Assembly (NCBI RefSeq): GCF_009914755.1
Contig: NC_060928.1
Length of the DNA stretch: 64,000 nt
DNA from: the human T2T-CHM13v2.0 reference genome, Homo sapiens
Direction: 5' to 3' (one strand)
Position numbers and translations under genes: made by a program
Shown: piece by piece, positions 1 through 13,399 of the stretch
Layout of the letters: each line of letters starts with the position of its first letter
Position numbering within the stretch: the first letter of the stretch is position 1
Notes under the pieces: model-generated
The model's input: only the letters and a program-made list of their open reading frames with translations
What the model was told of the DNA's origin: nothing
Databases searched by the model: none

Positions 1-551
1 TATTACATTGATGAAGTATTTCTTGTGTTCAAAGAATACAAGGTTTAGGTAAACAATTAAATTAACAACATTTATGTAGAACTAAAAACTGTTTTTTCAT
101 TTAAGTACTTCAATAGATAAAAGTATCCTTTGAGAAAACATTATGGGTGACATTTTCTGAAAAGTTTGTCATTTTGTAAATATGATATTTTCTCAAATTT
201 AGCCAGATAGAAAATTCTAGTATCAGTTTGTTTTTCTCTGACTTCTTTAAATATATTCTTTTCTGCCTTTTAATGCTGTAGATGAGAAGTCTTAACAGCT
301 ATTACTCCACCTTCTGTAGGTAAAAACAACTTCTCTTTCTCTAAAAGTTTTGTCTAACTCACAAAAACTCTTACCAGCATATGTACAGTTTTAAATATTG
401 TTTTCCATTAAGAAACAGGGCTTTGACATAATTCTTTGAAAGCTATGTTTGAATCTGATTTTATTTCAAATTTTTAAATTTGGTTAATATATTACATGCT
501 TTTTGTTAGTAATTTTGTAGCAAATAAAAAATACAACTTAACTAATGATAT

Positions 552-1979
552 TGTGTCCGGAATTGGTGGGTTCTTGGTCTCACTGACTTCAAGACTGAAG
601 CCGCGGACCCTGGTGGTGAGTGTTACAGCTCTTAAGGTGGCGCGTCTGGAGTTTGTTCCTTCTGATGTCCAGATGTGTTCTGAGTTTCTTCCTTCTGGTG
701 GGTTCGTGGTCTCGCTGGCTCAGGAGTGAAGCTGCAGACCTTCGCGGTGAGTGTTACAGCTCTTAAGACAGCGTCTGGAGTTGTTCATTCCTCCCGGTGG
801 GCTCGTGGTCTTGCTGGGTTCAGGAGTGAAGCTGCAGATCTTCGTGGTGAGTGTTACAGCTCATAAAAGCAGCGTGGACCCAAAGAGTGAGCAGTAGCAA
901 GATTTATTGCAAAGAGCGAAAGAACAAAGCTTCCACAGTGTGGAAAGGGACCCAAGGGGGTTGCCACTGCTGGCTCGGGCAGCCTGCTTTTATTCTCTTA
1001 TCTGGCCCCACCCACATCCTGCTGATTGGTAGAGCCGAGTGGCCTGTTTTGACAGGGCGCTGATTGGTGCCTTTACAATCCCTGAGCTATATACAAAGTT
1101 TCTTCAAGTCCCCATCAGATTAGTTAGATACAGAGTTTCCACACACAGGTTCTCCAAGGCCCCACCAGAGCAGCTAGATGCAGAGTGTCGATTGGTGCAC
1201 TCACAAACCTTGAGCTAAACACAGGGTGCTGATTGGTGTGTTTACAATCCCTGAGCTAGATACAGAGTGCCGATTGGTGTATTTACAATTCCTGAGCTAG
1301 ACATAAAGACTTTCCACGTCTCCACCAGACTCAGGAGCGCAGCTGGCTTCACCTAGTGGATCCCGCATGGGGGCTGCAGGTGGAGCTGCCTGCCAGTCCC
1401 GCGCCCTGCGCTCGCACTCCTCAGCCCTTGGGTTGTCGATGGGACTGGGCCCCATGGAGCAGGGGGTAGTGCTCCTCCGGGAGGCTCCGGCCGCACAGGA
1501 GCCCTTGGAGTTGGTGGGAGGCTCAGGCATGGTGGACTGCAGGTCCCGAGCCCTGCCCCGCAGGAAGGCAGCTAAGGCCCGGCAAGAAATCGAGCACAGT
1601 GCTGGTGGGTCCGCACTGCTGGGCGACCCAGTACACCCTCTGCAGCCACTGGCCCGGGTGCTAAGTCCCTCATTGCCTGGGGCCAGCAGGGCTGGCTGGC
1701 TGCTCCGAGTGCGGGGCCCGCCAAGCCCACGCCCACCGGGAACTCCAGCTGGCCCGCAAGCACCGCACGCAGCCCCGGTTCCCGCTCGCGCCTTTCCCTC
1801 CACACCTCCCTGCAAGCTGAGGGAGTGGGCTCCAGCCTTGGCCAGCCCAGAAAGGGGCTCCCACAGTGCAGTGGGGGGCTGAAGCGCTCCTCAAATGCCA
1901 CCAAAGTGGGAGCCTAGGCAGGGGAGGTGCTGAGAGCAAGCGAGGGCTCTGAGGACTGCCAGCACGCTGTCACCTCTCA
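552..1979 (-). mobile_element. LTR12C (ERV9/HERV9) solo LTR
   Basis: Minus strand begins TGAGAGGTGACAGCGTGCTGGCAGTCC and ends TCCGGACACA. CpG-rich U3, repeated gattggt enhancer units, three gtgagtgttacagctc U5 repeats. 4-bp TSD atat at 548-551 and 1980-1983. Confidence 0.95.
985..1300 (-). promoter_or_regulatory. ERV9 LTR enhancer/promoter repeats (CCAAT/NF-Y boxes, TATA-like element)
   Basis: Five ATTGG (CCAAT on minus) near 1025, 1063, 1191, 1232 and 1273, and AATAAAAG on minus at ~987-994. Matches the established LTR12 promoter architecture. Confidence 0.7.
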
Positions 1980-2139
1980 ATATTGCTCTTATTAGTATGT
2001 CTCTATTAATGTTATACAATTATGATAAAAATTAAACTAAAATGCAATTAGGAAATGAAATATAAACTAATTACTTATCTTTGACAAGTTAGAATATAAT
2101 TTTAAATGATGATGAGAATACTATTTTGTTCATAAACTA

Positions 2140-2541
<402 letters not shown>

Positions 2542-3351
2542 TCAACTGAGAGGAGATTGGCAATAAACACATTAACAACAATGATAACACAAAAATAATT
2601 TAATTAGAATTTTAAAAGACTAGGAATGGCGGAATATTCTCCTGGGTGAGCAGCTTTATCATATTTAGGCATAGGCAATATTTGGAGGTTATATGAACAA
2701 CTGAAATTTAATAGTGGTTTCCTGAATGGAGAGTAAGTGAAATTCTTTTAAAATGAAAAAACAAAAAATAAAAAAGACATTTTTGTGGATGAAAAACAAA
2801 ATATTGATTTGTTCTTTCATTTTATTTTTCATATCTATTTCATGTATTATGAGCAATATAATTTTATTAATTATTTTGGTTAAAAAAAGAAGCAGAATGA
2901 CAATCATTCCATCTATGATGATCATACCACTTTTTGTTTGGTTTCTTACAAACAGCCTCCTTTAGGAATACACGGTGGTTAGATTTGTGTATACGATTGC
3001 AATGTGCAGCAGAGCTTTCAGAAAACAGCTCAAAGCTCAGGCAAAACTAATTCTTCCCTATTTAGTCTTTATTGTGTTTTCAGTAACATTTGGGGGGAAG
3101 GGTGATGAATGGCTAAAATTCATCTGACTCTAATAATTTCTTTGGCCTACACTTTTGATAATTTACCAAATGGGTAAATATTTAAGTAAAATTATTCTCC
3201 ATGAAAAACACAAATGTAAAATTTTTAGTCCTTTTTTTATTATGGCATCTGTATAAATACATTTTTTATTATGGATTCCATAAAAAGTAAATTTAAAGGC
3301 CATAATTGAAAGGTAATAATTCTGCAGTTCTTAGTCTTAAATCACTAGACA

Positions 3352-3467
3352 GTCAGGCGCGGTGGCTCACGCCTGTAATCCCAGCACTTTGGGAGGCCGA
3401 GGAGGGCTGATCACGAGGTCAGGAGATGGAGACCATCCTGGCTAACACGCTGAAACCCCGTCTCTAC

Positions 3468-3501
<34 letters not shown>

Positions 3502-3672
3502 TAGGCGGGCGTGGTGGCGGGCGCCTGTAGTCCCAGCTACTCGGGAAGCTGAGGCAGGAGAATGGCGTGAACCCGGGAGGCGGAGCTTGCAGTGAACCGA
3601 GATGCGCCACTGCACTCCAGCCTGGGCTACAGAGGGAGACTCCGTCTCAAAAAAAAAAAAAAAAAAAAAAAA
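3352..3672 (+). mobile_element. AluY with expanded central A-tract
   Basis: AluY diagnostics (ggctaacacg, aatggcgtgaacccgggaggcggagcttgc). A29 linker at 3468-3496. TSD aatcactagaca on both sides. Confidence 0.95.
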
Positions 3673-5039
3673 GAATCACTAGACAATAAACATTATTTTA
3701 ACTAAATCTTACTTGAAACTAAAATTAACTTAATGTTAATGTCTTTTACTGTCTAACTAGATCCTGAATGTCATTTCCTTTGGACCTACTGGAAATGTAC
3801 TAACTGCAAGAGTTTGGATCTGGGACTAGGTTGAAAGGACAATGTCACTTTCCACTGCAACACTGTTATCCAAATAGGAGTGACATGAGCATGGCATCAG
3901 CCTCCTGCCTAAAGAGAAAATGAGGCCAATTGGCACATGTACAAAATAGACATTTTAAAGTTCATTAGGAAAAGAGCTGGCAAGCAGCAGTCATTTTCTC
4001 TGATAAAAATCCCTTGATCTTTTTAGAAGAAATGTCTTTTAATTGTATGTAGGAGTTCAAATGGACCACAAACTATCACAGTGTATCAAATCTCTATGCA
4101 CTCTTACTACTGCTTAAGTGTAACATTTCCATTACTTCTAATTTAGTTAATTACACTGTACCTACCTAAATTCCCATGGCAATTTTTGTTGGATGTAGCA
4201 GTTAATTGCCTTGTTCCAAACAGACATTATTGGGGGCTGTTAAACTACTACTGTTCTTAACTTCAGAATGGTTGCTTTCAATTTTGCTTGGAATGGGTTC
4301 CTGGGTCTCTGTCTTAGAAGCCATTTAAAAGCTTAGAATCTATATGTTTTAATTCAGTTCTAATGGTTTTAATATGTCAATTAAGGTGTATATTAGTTAT
4401 TGAAATGTTTTATCTTTGATCACACTTTTTTTTTGCATTAAGGTAGTGTAAATTAAGTTCCAGTGTTTTCTTTAAATTTGGGAGATATATTTATGGTATA
4501 TATGTGTATGGACAAATAGCTAAAAAATTCAGTAGGAATTATATATAAGATGAACATGTTTTTCAATTTGGTTATAGTATAGAATTTAAACAGAATGTAT
4601 AGTAATGGTAACCTGACACAGGTTATATTTTTTACATGTTAATTAAGCATAAATGTGGTACACATCATGTAAATGATGACATTTCACTTTTACATAAAAA
4701 TCAGACACAATGTATTCTAGGAGTCAGGTGTAGTGAAGAAAAAATGAACTATAAAAAAGAAAAAGTCAGCTCCATAACCACAACTGAGACTCCTTAACCT
4801 ATGCTGACAGAAAAAAAGTGGGTTTTTCCAGGGATTTAGCAAGAAGTGGCTAAGAACATAGAAATAAATGGTGCCTAAATTTTGCAAGTCTTGACCACAA
4901 ACTGGTGGTCTCTCTGTCTCTTTCCCCAAAGCTCCCAGCCATAGCAGAAAGCAATACCAGCAACTGTTTCCCTTATTACTGCTGACTGGGCACTATTTTG
5001 TTGGTGCCTGAGGCACAGTCTTCTGTAAACTATTTTATG

Positions 5040-5318
5040 TTATTTTATCGATTTGTTAGACATTCATTTTAGGTTTACGGTACATGTGCCGGTTTGTTGT
5101 ACAGATAAATTGCATGTTGTGCAGATTTGGTGTACAGGTTATTTTGTCAGCCAAGTGATAAGCACAGTACCTGATAGTTTTTTGATCCTCACTCTCCTTC
5201 CACCCTCTACCCTGAAGTAGGCCTCAGTATCTATTTCTCCCCTCTTTGTGTCCACGTGTACTTAATGTTTAGTTCCCACTTACAAATGAGAACGTAGTAT
5301 TTGGTTTTCTGTTCCTAC
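5040..5318 (-). mobile_element. L1 3' end fragment (older L1PA/L1PB)
   Basis: Antisense L1 3'UTR motifs (ggtacatgtgc..gtttgtt; cccacttacaaatgagaac; tatttggttttctgttcct). Confidence 0.8.
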
Positions 5319-5719
5319 ATACAAACATATTTTAAAGAAGGAGAATACAACTTTTAAATTAAGAAGTAGGGGGCATTTTGTTTTGAGTTTCTGGCAATCG
5401 TTCTATGTGTCTCCCAACAGGCGGGTAAGAAGTACAGTTTCAGCTTTCCCAACTCTAGATGACATTTTGCTAAATACTGAACTTTGATGTCAGCTCCCAT
5501 AACAAATGAAATAACCAATTATCTTTCTTTCCACAGCATCTCTTCCCATCTCATATTCTAGCCAATTAATTCCAAATTAATATAGAAATTTTTATCCACC
5601 ATTCAGACAACTAGATATCTTTCTTTCCCTCAAACCTTATCTACTATCACTTTCACACAGCAGCCCTTGAAACTGCAGACCACCTCTGATCTTCTAGGCA
5701 AGAGGCAATAATTCTTTAA

Positions 5720-6315
5720 CTTAAAAAATAATGTTTAGTTATTATGAATACATAATAGTTGTATATGTGCATGGAATACATAGGATATTTTGATACAGGC
5801 ATATAATATGTAATGATCAAACCAGGGTAACTGGGATATCTCTCACCTCAAATATTTATCATTTTTTTATGTTAGGAAAGTTCCAATTCAGCTCTTTTAG
5901 TTGTTTTGAAATATAATATAAATTATTGTTAACTAGAAAAGCCCTAATATGCTACTAAACACCATATTCATTTCCTTCTGTTTAACTGTATTTTTTTTAC
6001 CCATTAACCATCTTCCCTTTATTTCCACCCTTCCCTACCCTTCTCACCTTCTGGTAACCATCATTCTATTTTCTGTCTCCATGTACTATTCACAGTAGCC
6101 AAGATATGAAATCAATGTAAGTGTCTTTCAGTGGATGAGTAGATAAAGAAAATGTTGTACACATACACAATGGACTATTATTCAGTCATATAAAAGAATG
6201 AAATCCTGCCATTTCCCACAACATGGATGGAACTGGAGAACATTATGTTAAGTGAAATAAGCTAGATGCAGAAGAACAAATATCATAATTTTTAATAATA
6301 TGTGGAAAGTAAAAA
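5720..6315 (-). mobile_element. L1MA-type 3' end with 5' inversion
   Basis: 5720-6083 is antisense 3'UTR. 6084-6315 is the sense-strand segment that lies directly upstream in L1 coordinates. Possible TSD aat(a)attcttt. Confidence 0.75.
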
Positions 6316-6674
6316 AATATTCTTTTCCTGACCTCATTGCTATTTTTTTTATATTTAATACCCATCTTCTACCTTCTATTATTTGTGCAGAAACCTTATC
6401 TCCTAGACTGTAACTCTCACAGGCCCAATAATTCCTCATTTCATTTTTCCTAATAGTCACTGCATCAGGTTAATAAATGAATTATCAATTACTTTTTAAA
6501 ATATGTTTAAGGGATTATTTAATGATATGTTTAATCCCAACCATGTACTAACTTCTAATGCTGGTATCTGACAACAGACTGATGTAGGTAAAAACTCAAA
6601 ACTGAAAGATCATTTCAAACCTGACCTCTTTCTTGGCCGATCTGGTATGAGCTCTGTTTCCTTTTCTGGGACTC

Positions 6675-7070
6675 ACTTAGGTTAGAATACCTAGGAAATT
6701 GACTTTGAGATGTATACTAGCTAGGAGAAAGTATACTGGGGAATGCTTTCAGAGAAAGAGGGGAGACTGGGAAAACAGGGAAACTGACTTGCAACTCAAT
6801 CCCAGTAAAGTTCTCAGATAATCCAAAATCTTGCTTGAAGGTCAATGGTCCTTTAGAGTTGTCATGAATTGAGGCAATGGAGAAGAGATTTTTGTACTTC
6901 CAGGTTAGTTAGTCATCCCATAGATGGCTATAGCCATAAGTGAGACAGCTAGAAACTCTTTTCAGTAGGAAACTAACCCAGGAAATTTCATTCTTCAGCA
7001 GCCAAAACTACTGGCAGCTGAAGAAAAGGGTACCTAGATTTCAAAGCATTCATTTGGCAGCACATCCACT
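6675..7070. mobile_element. Degraded ERVL-class LTR (LTR16/LTR33-like)
   Basis: Weak similarity to recalled consensus motifs (gactttgagatg..tactggggaatgct; cctttagagttgtc..aattgaggca). Confidence 0.45.
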
Positions 7071-7491
7071 ATGTGGGTTCCTCTCTGCTCACATAAATCT
7101 GCCACCTATATCCAGGCTTCACTCCTTTCAGATTTGGGACCTGGACGAATCCACACCTCTATCAATTCTACAGTGGTATGACAAACCTCTCTTCTCTCTT
7201 TGTGTTTCACTACACTTGGTCTCACCACTGCCTTCAAGTTGGGAAATACCTTTATGAAGATAACAACACTTTAATAAAAATCCTCTGTCTAACAACACCC
7301 TTTGTGGGTGGGGCAGATTATCACTAATGAATTACATTGACTTTTTTACATGTAACAAATTCTTCCCAAACAAAAGTTTAATTTGTTTGAAAACTCTACT
7401 GAGCATTATTTATTTTATATTTTTTAATATAAATATTAAACTAAAATGGAAAGATAAATAATGGGTGTTAAATCTGTACTTCTTATGCATC

Positions 7492-7843
7492 TTTATTAGT
7501 CCATTTTCATGCTGCTAATAAAGGCACACCCAAGACTGGGAAGAAAAAGAGGTTTAATGGACTCATGGTCCCACGTGTCTGGGGAGGCCTCACAATCATA
7601 GCAGAAGGCAAGGAGAAGCAAGTCACATCTTACATGTATGGCAGCAGGCAAAAAGAGAGAGCTTGTGCAGGGAAACTCCCCTTTTTAAAAACCATCACAT
7701 CTCATAAGACTTATTCACTATCACCAGAACAGCATGGGAAAGACCTGCCACCGTCCATGAATCAATTACCTTCCACCAGGTTCCTCCCACTAATGTGGGA
7801 ATTCAAGATGAGATTTGTGTGGGAACACAGCCAAACCATATCA
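7492..7843 (-). mobile_element. THE1 (MaLR) solo LTR
   Basis: tattagtccattttcatgctgctaataaag ... cagccaaaccatatca, ~350 bp. Confidence 0.9.
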
Positions 7844-10049
7844 TCATTGCATTACAGGAAAGGAAACTGGGTATTTGAAAGAGAGTCCCTGGGATAGCCA
7901 TAGGACTGAAGAAGGAAGGAGTCAATGACTTATATGAGTGACAAAGTGAAAACAATTTTAAAAAGCCTGTTTATCTGAAAATCATTTTCCTGAAACCTAA
8001 CCATTATTTACACTGATGTCATAAAAATATGAAGATAAATTCTGAATAAGTTTTTAATGAAAGTAAAATGTAAGGAAAAATTATTTATTGAACTAAATAA
8101 TAACTCCTAGCATCAAGGTAGTTCAGGCAATATGGTTATTAGGCATTTCTACATGAAAACACTAAATTAAAGTTAAAAGTGACACAGATGATTGACTTTC
8201 ACAAAATATCACATAAAACCGGTCCAGAAATATTAAGACACATATTTAGGCATTGAATTCCTATATAAGGGGTCTACTAACATTACAGCTTAAACTAAAT
8301 ATCATCTTTAGTGGTGCGTTGGAGCAGATTTCAATAGAGTACTTTGAGATTCAGGTGTAGTGGGGAAAAAATGAACTATTTGTCTCTTCAAAAAAGTAAA
8401 CTAAACTATTGTTTTGGGAGAAATTCAATCTTTGTTACCGACACTGTTTCTGTATATTTCTTGTTTAAACAACAAGTTTGTTGCATGTCTTTTTCCAGCT
8501 AGGAGGTTAATTTAACCCTGAAGATTTTAATGTACCACCCAGCACAAATGAGATCCCTTAAGTAGACTTATCCTACTGTTTTGTGGATGTACTGAACCTT
8601 GCTTTTTCTTTGAAAGACATGGCCCTTTGCTTTCCTATTCCTTGATATCACATTGAACACCCAAGAGTAAATGTTTGATACCAACCATCTGGCTCTTATT
8701 ACCTAAAAAAATAACAACCCAAACTTCCTCTTTGATTACCTTTTAAGGATAAAAATAATTAAAAAATTTATATTATATAAAAATATATCAGCTGGCATAA
8801 TGTACATACAGTAATGAGATATACTCTTGAGTTTATGTGAGATTATTTATAAGCCTATATTAGCTAATCTTATAAAATGTATTAACAGCTTCAGAGACAG
8901 CTAAAGAGAACCATTTTGTCTTACATGTACGTGTATTTGTATATGTCTCTGTGTGCATATCATAGCAGTTATTTATGCTATGAAATTTAAAATATATAAA
9001 TTATTTTTAGGACTATTAAAGTTCAAAACCTAAGCAGTATCAACATTAATTTGTTATTTAAGAAACAATTCATTATTCGATTTATGCTATAGTGATTTAC
9101 TTTTTTAACCACCCCAGGTTAACCTGGATAACTAAAGATCTCACTAGTATTTGGGGGGAAAAGACGTTATTAATATCAGTACCCTAATTTTGCTTTCATA
9201 ATGGATCAAGTATTGTTCTCCAAAAGTGTGTATCCATGTAGATACCCTCCACCATAAATAAAAGTATTCGTTACAACTCCCAAAGTCATCTTAACTGCAC
9301 CCATAAGTTCACCTGTGCTGCCATTAATTGTTTACTTTCAAACTCTGCCATTTCTGGGATATACACCTTTGGATGAGACTCTAGTTCACTGAATTGTCTT
9401 ACAGCACTCCTACTCTTTACAGTTTTTTGGTGAGTGACACAACAGCTGGTATATCTTTCCCTGCAAGGGTTTACATCTCTTTTGAGGGGCAAATTTCTAC
9501 TGATTTACTCCAATCACACTATCAAAACTCATGATATTTGAGGTTTCTGAGGCTTCATAAAATGGGAAAAATTTTTTCAGGGTTAAATTCATTGGTGGTT
9601 GTAAGAGTAGTTGAGGATGTATTTCAATAGCAAGGCTGCTTTGGTACTGAAATGTTAAGAATTTGTTTCCATATTTATTTCAGTATGCACACACATTCGC
9701 ATACACACACACTTGCACACACCCACACAAACTCACAGCTCCTGATTTTGCTAGAATGCACACTCTGGTTCATGTTGGTAGATCAGCTGCTCTGTGGTAC
9801 AAAAAAAATCACTGATCCACTTCAACTCCCATGGCTCACTGTGTATAGTCAGTATTCCTACATGATAAACTTTATTTCATGGGCTCTGTGAAGACAATTT
9901 GTTTGCTTTCAGATCCATTTCTTACTCTATTCTTATTCTGCTCTGTATTGTGGCTGAAAGAGGGGGAAGAGGGGGAAAACAAATCTGAAAGAATTTGCTT
10001 TACAAGTCCCTTTGTAAAATGGCTTCCAACTGTATTCAGTCCATGGAAG

Positions 10050-10472
10050 GAATCGGCAGGAGGATGTAAAGCCAAAGAAATGGAGAAGTCTGGTATTTCT
10101 TGTTCTTTCTACTTGCAGTGGCATCACTCTAAGTAGTAGCCAGTGGCTGTATTTCCAACATGTTTTCAGCGTTTGATGGAGCGATCCAACTTTGATGGAC
10201 CCAGCTCTTTCAAGAATCCCCAGTTGCAACTCTAGTATCCACCAGATGATCTGAGTTTGGAGGCACAGGCAGTATCTTCTCCTCCCTGTGTCTCCTTAAC
10301 CCTAAGGATGATGGGAACTTCCTGCTATTGTTAATCTCTGGTCCGCCCCACCATTGCCAGTTCTAATTTTCAACCTGTTCATTACCTGTGTATCCAATTC
10401 CCTGTATTTTATTATTTCTGTTTGAAATATCTAGAGGGATCCACATTTTTTGGCTGGATTCCAACTGAAACA
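10050..10472 (+). mobile_element. LTR33/LTR16-like ERVL LTR remnant
   Basis: 3' end ttccctgtatt..tctgtttgaaatatctagag..ctgaaaca resembles the LTR33 terminus. Confidence 0.55.
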
Positions 10473-10477
10473 CACTG

Positions 10478-10686
10478 AGTAGTGTGCTGTTAATATTTAA
10501 CAATACATTCAACTGGGATAGAAATTTACCCTCAGAGATTTGAAATTTGCCAACTTTCAAGGTGTAAATACTCTCATTATGGTTAATGTTAAGTTACTAA
10601 GATGATGTCATAGAACCTGGACTTGGGAAGAGATGAGCACGATCAGTTCTTGTGACACAGCGTGAGCCAGCTCCTATACTTCACTG
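10478..10686 (-). mobile_element. MER63-like hAT DNA transposon relic
   Basis: ggtgtaaatactc, ttgggaagagatgagcac and gagccagctcc..cactg motifs. Confidence 0.6.
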
Positions 10687-10824
10687 TCACACTTTAGTCA
10701 TCAGCTAAATTTTCATTGATCATGTTCTTCTATTTTACAGACATTTCCGAACTTTAAGAATTAAAATTGTTGCTACATTGTAAAATCTTCTAATAGGCTT
10801 CCTTCCTCAATGAAAATGAGATGA

Positions 10825-10995
10825 CAAATAGAAATTTGGCTAGGAGTTAAAATTTATCTAATCCTAACCGTTAATTCTGCCCGAATATCAGATAGAGCAA
10901 CACCAGTTCCAAATAGAAATTTGGCTAGGAGTTAAAATTAATCCAATCCTAATTAATAATTCTGTCCAAATATCGGACAGAGCAACACTAGTTCC
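10825..10995. repeat. 85-bp tandem duplication (2 copies)
   Basis: caaatagaaatttggctaggagttaaaatt...agagcaacac.agttcc starts at 10825 and again at 10910. Confidence 0.95.
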
Positions 10996-11399
10996 CTTTG
11001 TATACCCAATGCATCAGTACATTATAACTATGCCATTTTATTGCTTCACCTTAAGAACAAGCAAATCAGTGATGAGAAAATATGACTGCTTTTTGCCTTC
11101 AGAATTTGATTAAGACATAAAATTAGGAGAAACATTTATTAAAATGATTGTAAAATTGTAACATTATTGTCAACAGTTACACTCAATAACTCATTTAAGG
11201 AATTTATATACAACATATGTAAATTGATATTTGTAGAAATAACATATATGGATCTTAAATCACTCCTTACATTTTTAAATTTGGGAATATAATAACTATC
11301 AACAATACTCCTCCAAAAGATAAAATTTTAAATGCTTTTCTTGCATCATGAACTGTGCTAAGATATTTGCATGCATAATCTCAACTTCCAATGGGTATT

Positions 11400-11930
11400 T
11401 GATTCAGGAATCCTACTACTGGGTATTTACCTCCCCCCAAAAATTATTATATCAAAAAGACACCTGTACTTGTATGTTTATTGCAGTACTATTCACAATA
11501 GCAAAGATATGCAATCAACTTAAGTGTCCATCAACAACTGGTTGCATGAAGAAAATGTGGTATATATGTATAATGGAATGTTATTCAGCCTTAAAAATGA
11601 ATGAAATTATGTCTTTGCTACAACAAGGATGGAACTGGAGGTCATTTCCTTAAGTGAAACAATTGACACACTGAAAGCAAAATATTGCATGTTCTCACTT
11701 AAAAATGGGAGCTAAATAATATGTACACATGGGCATAGAGAATGATATACAATGGAGACTCAGAAGGGTGGGAGGGAGTGGAAATGGAAGACGAGAAATT
11801 ACTTAATGGGTACTATGTATGTTTTTTGAAGGCTGAATACCCTAAAACCTCTGACTTCACCACTACGCAATCTATGCATTAACAAAATTACCCTTGTCTC
11901 TCATAAAATTATATAAATAAATAAATAAAC
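11400..11930 (+). mobile_element. L1PB/L1MA 3' fragment (ORF2 end plus 3'UTR)
   Basis: ORF 11348..11653 resembles the ORF2 C-terminus (KDTCTCMFIAVLFTIAK). (TAAA)n tail. Confidence 0.85.
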
Positions 11931-12949
11931 GATAACAGAATGTTACAAAGCAAATGTTTCTATTTATGCTATTTTGTAAATAATAAAACAGGCACAAATA
12001 AGTTTAGAAAATCTGTCAAATCACATACATAGCAGTGAACACATATTATATTATATTAATTTCATTCTATAAATCTTTTAGTCATTGTGTTTTATAATCT
12101 CTGACCTATTACAAATCATTGCTATATTTAATATACTGCTCTGATTCTAGTGATTGATAAATAAGAACAGTGGTGAATTTATCCTCTCACACAAGAGGAA
12201 AATGTAACTCTAAGCAAAAATGAATTTCCAAAATGCTGAGTAAATTGTTCAATATTTTGTCCTTTTGTTTTTGTTTCTTCATTTCTAAAATTTCTTTAGA
12301 GATTATATCCTCTTGTGCACCTCAGATATCCTTGAAAATAAAATTGTTCTTAATTTCTTGCCTCCATCCCTTAATTATTCTAAAGGAGTTGAATTACCTG
12401 TTGCATATATCATTAAGAGTCCTAACCTCATTGCAAATAAAGGAAAAAAATGCAAAGTGAGTTTCTTTTTCAGTACCCATGACTCTCATTAAAGAACAGT
12501 CTGCTTTCAAAGAGTATAAAATTCTTAACAATTAGAGTCTGACTTTTCCACCTGGAGCTGCTGGCAAAGGTTAGCATCAAGGTGTGCTGTGACATACTTG
12601 CCTTTTTCTGTTTCAAATTGGGATAGGAAAGAGATTCCCACTCTATGAACAAAGGTACATTTTTTGTTGCATGACTTCCAGATGGAGAGGAGCCAGCAGG
12701 TATGTTCAGATGATATGTTTGACTTGCACAGCAGGCTCCAGAGCATTCTTTTAAGCAGTAACTCTGTGTCATTAAAATGTTCATAGGCTTTTGTCACCTT
12801 TAATAATAGACAAAATGCCAGGAGCTTCCTATCAATTTTGGTTTTCATCCGTTTTGTAACCATGTCTAGAGAACATGAAGATAAGATTGGGAATTATAGA
12901 TCATTTATTTTCTTAGCCACATCAGAATAATTCATTTTAATGCTTAAAT

Positions 12950-13399
12950 AAGTTATCTTTTGCTACAAAACATTTAAAGCAACGACCATTTTTTGAGGTC
13001 ACAATTTTGCAATCTGGAAACCTGGGCTAGCCTCATATAGGCACACCTTCTGGTCTGGTTCAGGTTCAGCTGATCACAACTGAGGATGGTTCATGCCTCT
13101 GTAGTCAGCTGCTGGGACATGCAGGGCCTGGCTGAGTGTAGTCTGGAACACTCAAATCTGCTCCAGTTGACCTCTCATCCTCCAGCATACTATCTCATTT
13201 TAAGCTCATACTTGTTCTTAGCTTTCCAATAGCATCAAGACCCAGCATACAGCTCTTGTCACCCTCTGCTTGTGTTATATTTGCTGATGTCCCATTGACC
13301 AAAGGAAGTCCCATGACCTGCACAGATTCAGTGTGTAGGAAACAACCAAAAGGCTTGGATAAAAAGGAATGATTTGTGGTCATTTTTGCAATTACAACA
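12950..13399 (-). mobile_element. Old MLT1-family MaLR LTR
   Basis: ctgatgtcccattgaccaaaggaagtcccatgacc..cagattca and tggtcatttttgcaattacaaca motifs. Confidence 0.6.

Noticed and set aside
1020-1300. Repeat-spacer-like pattern suggesting CRISPR
   Set aside because: These are ERV9 U3 enhancer repeats in eukaryotic DNA, with no unique spacers or cas genes.
1297-1939. Overlapping 90-172-aa ORFs on both strands
   Set aside because: A by-product of the GC-rich LTR12C U3, with no protein-family signature.
12470-12863. Two ~100-aa minus-strand ORFs in unique DNA
   Set aside because: No recognisable domain or splice structure.
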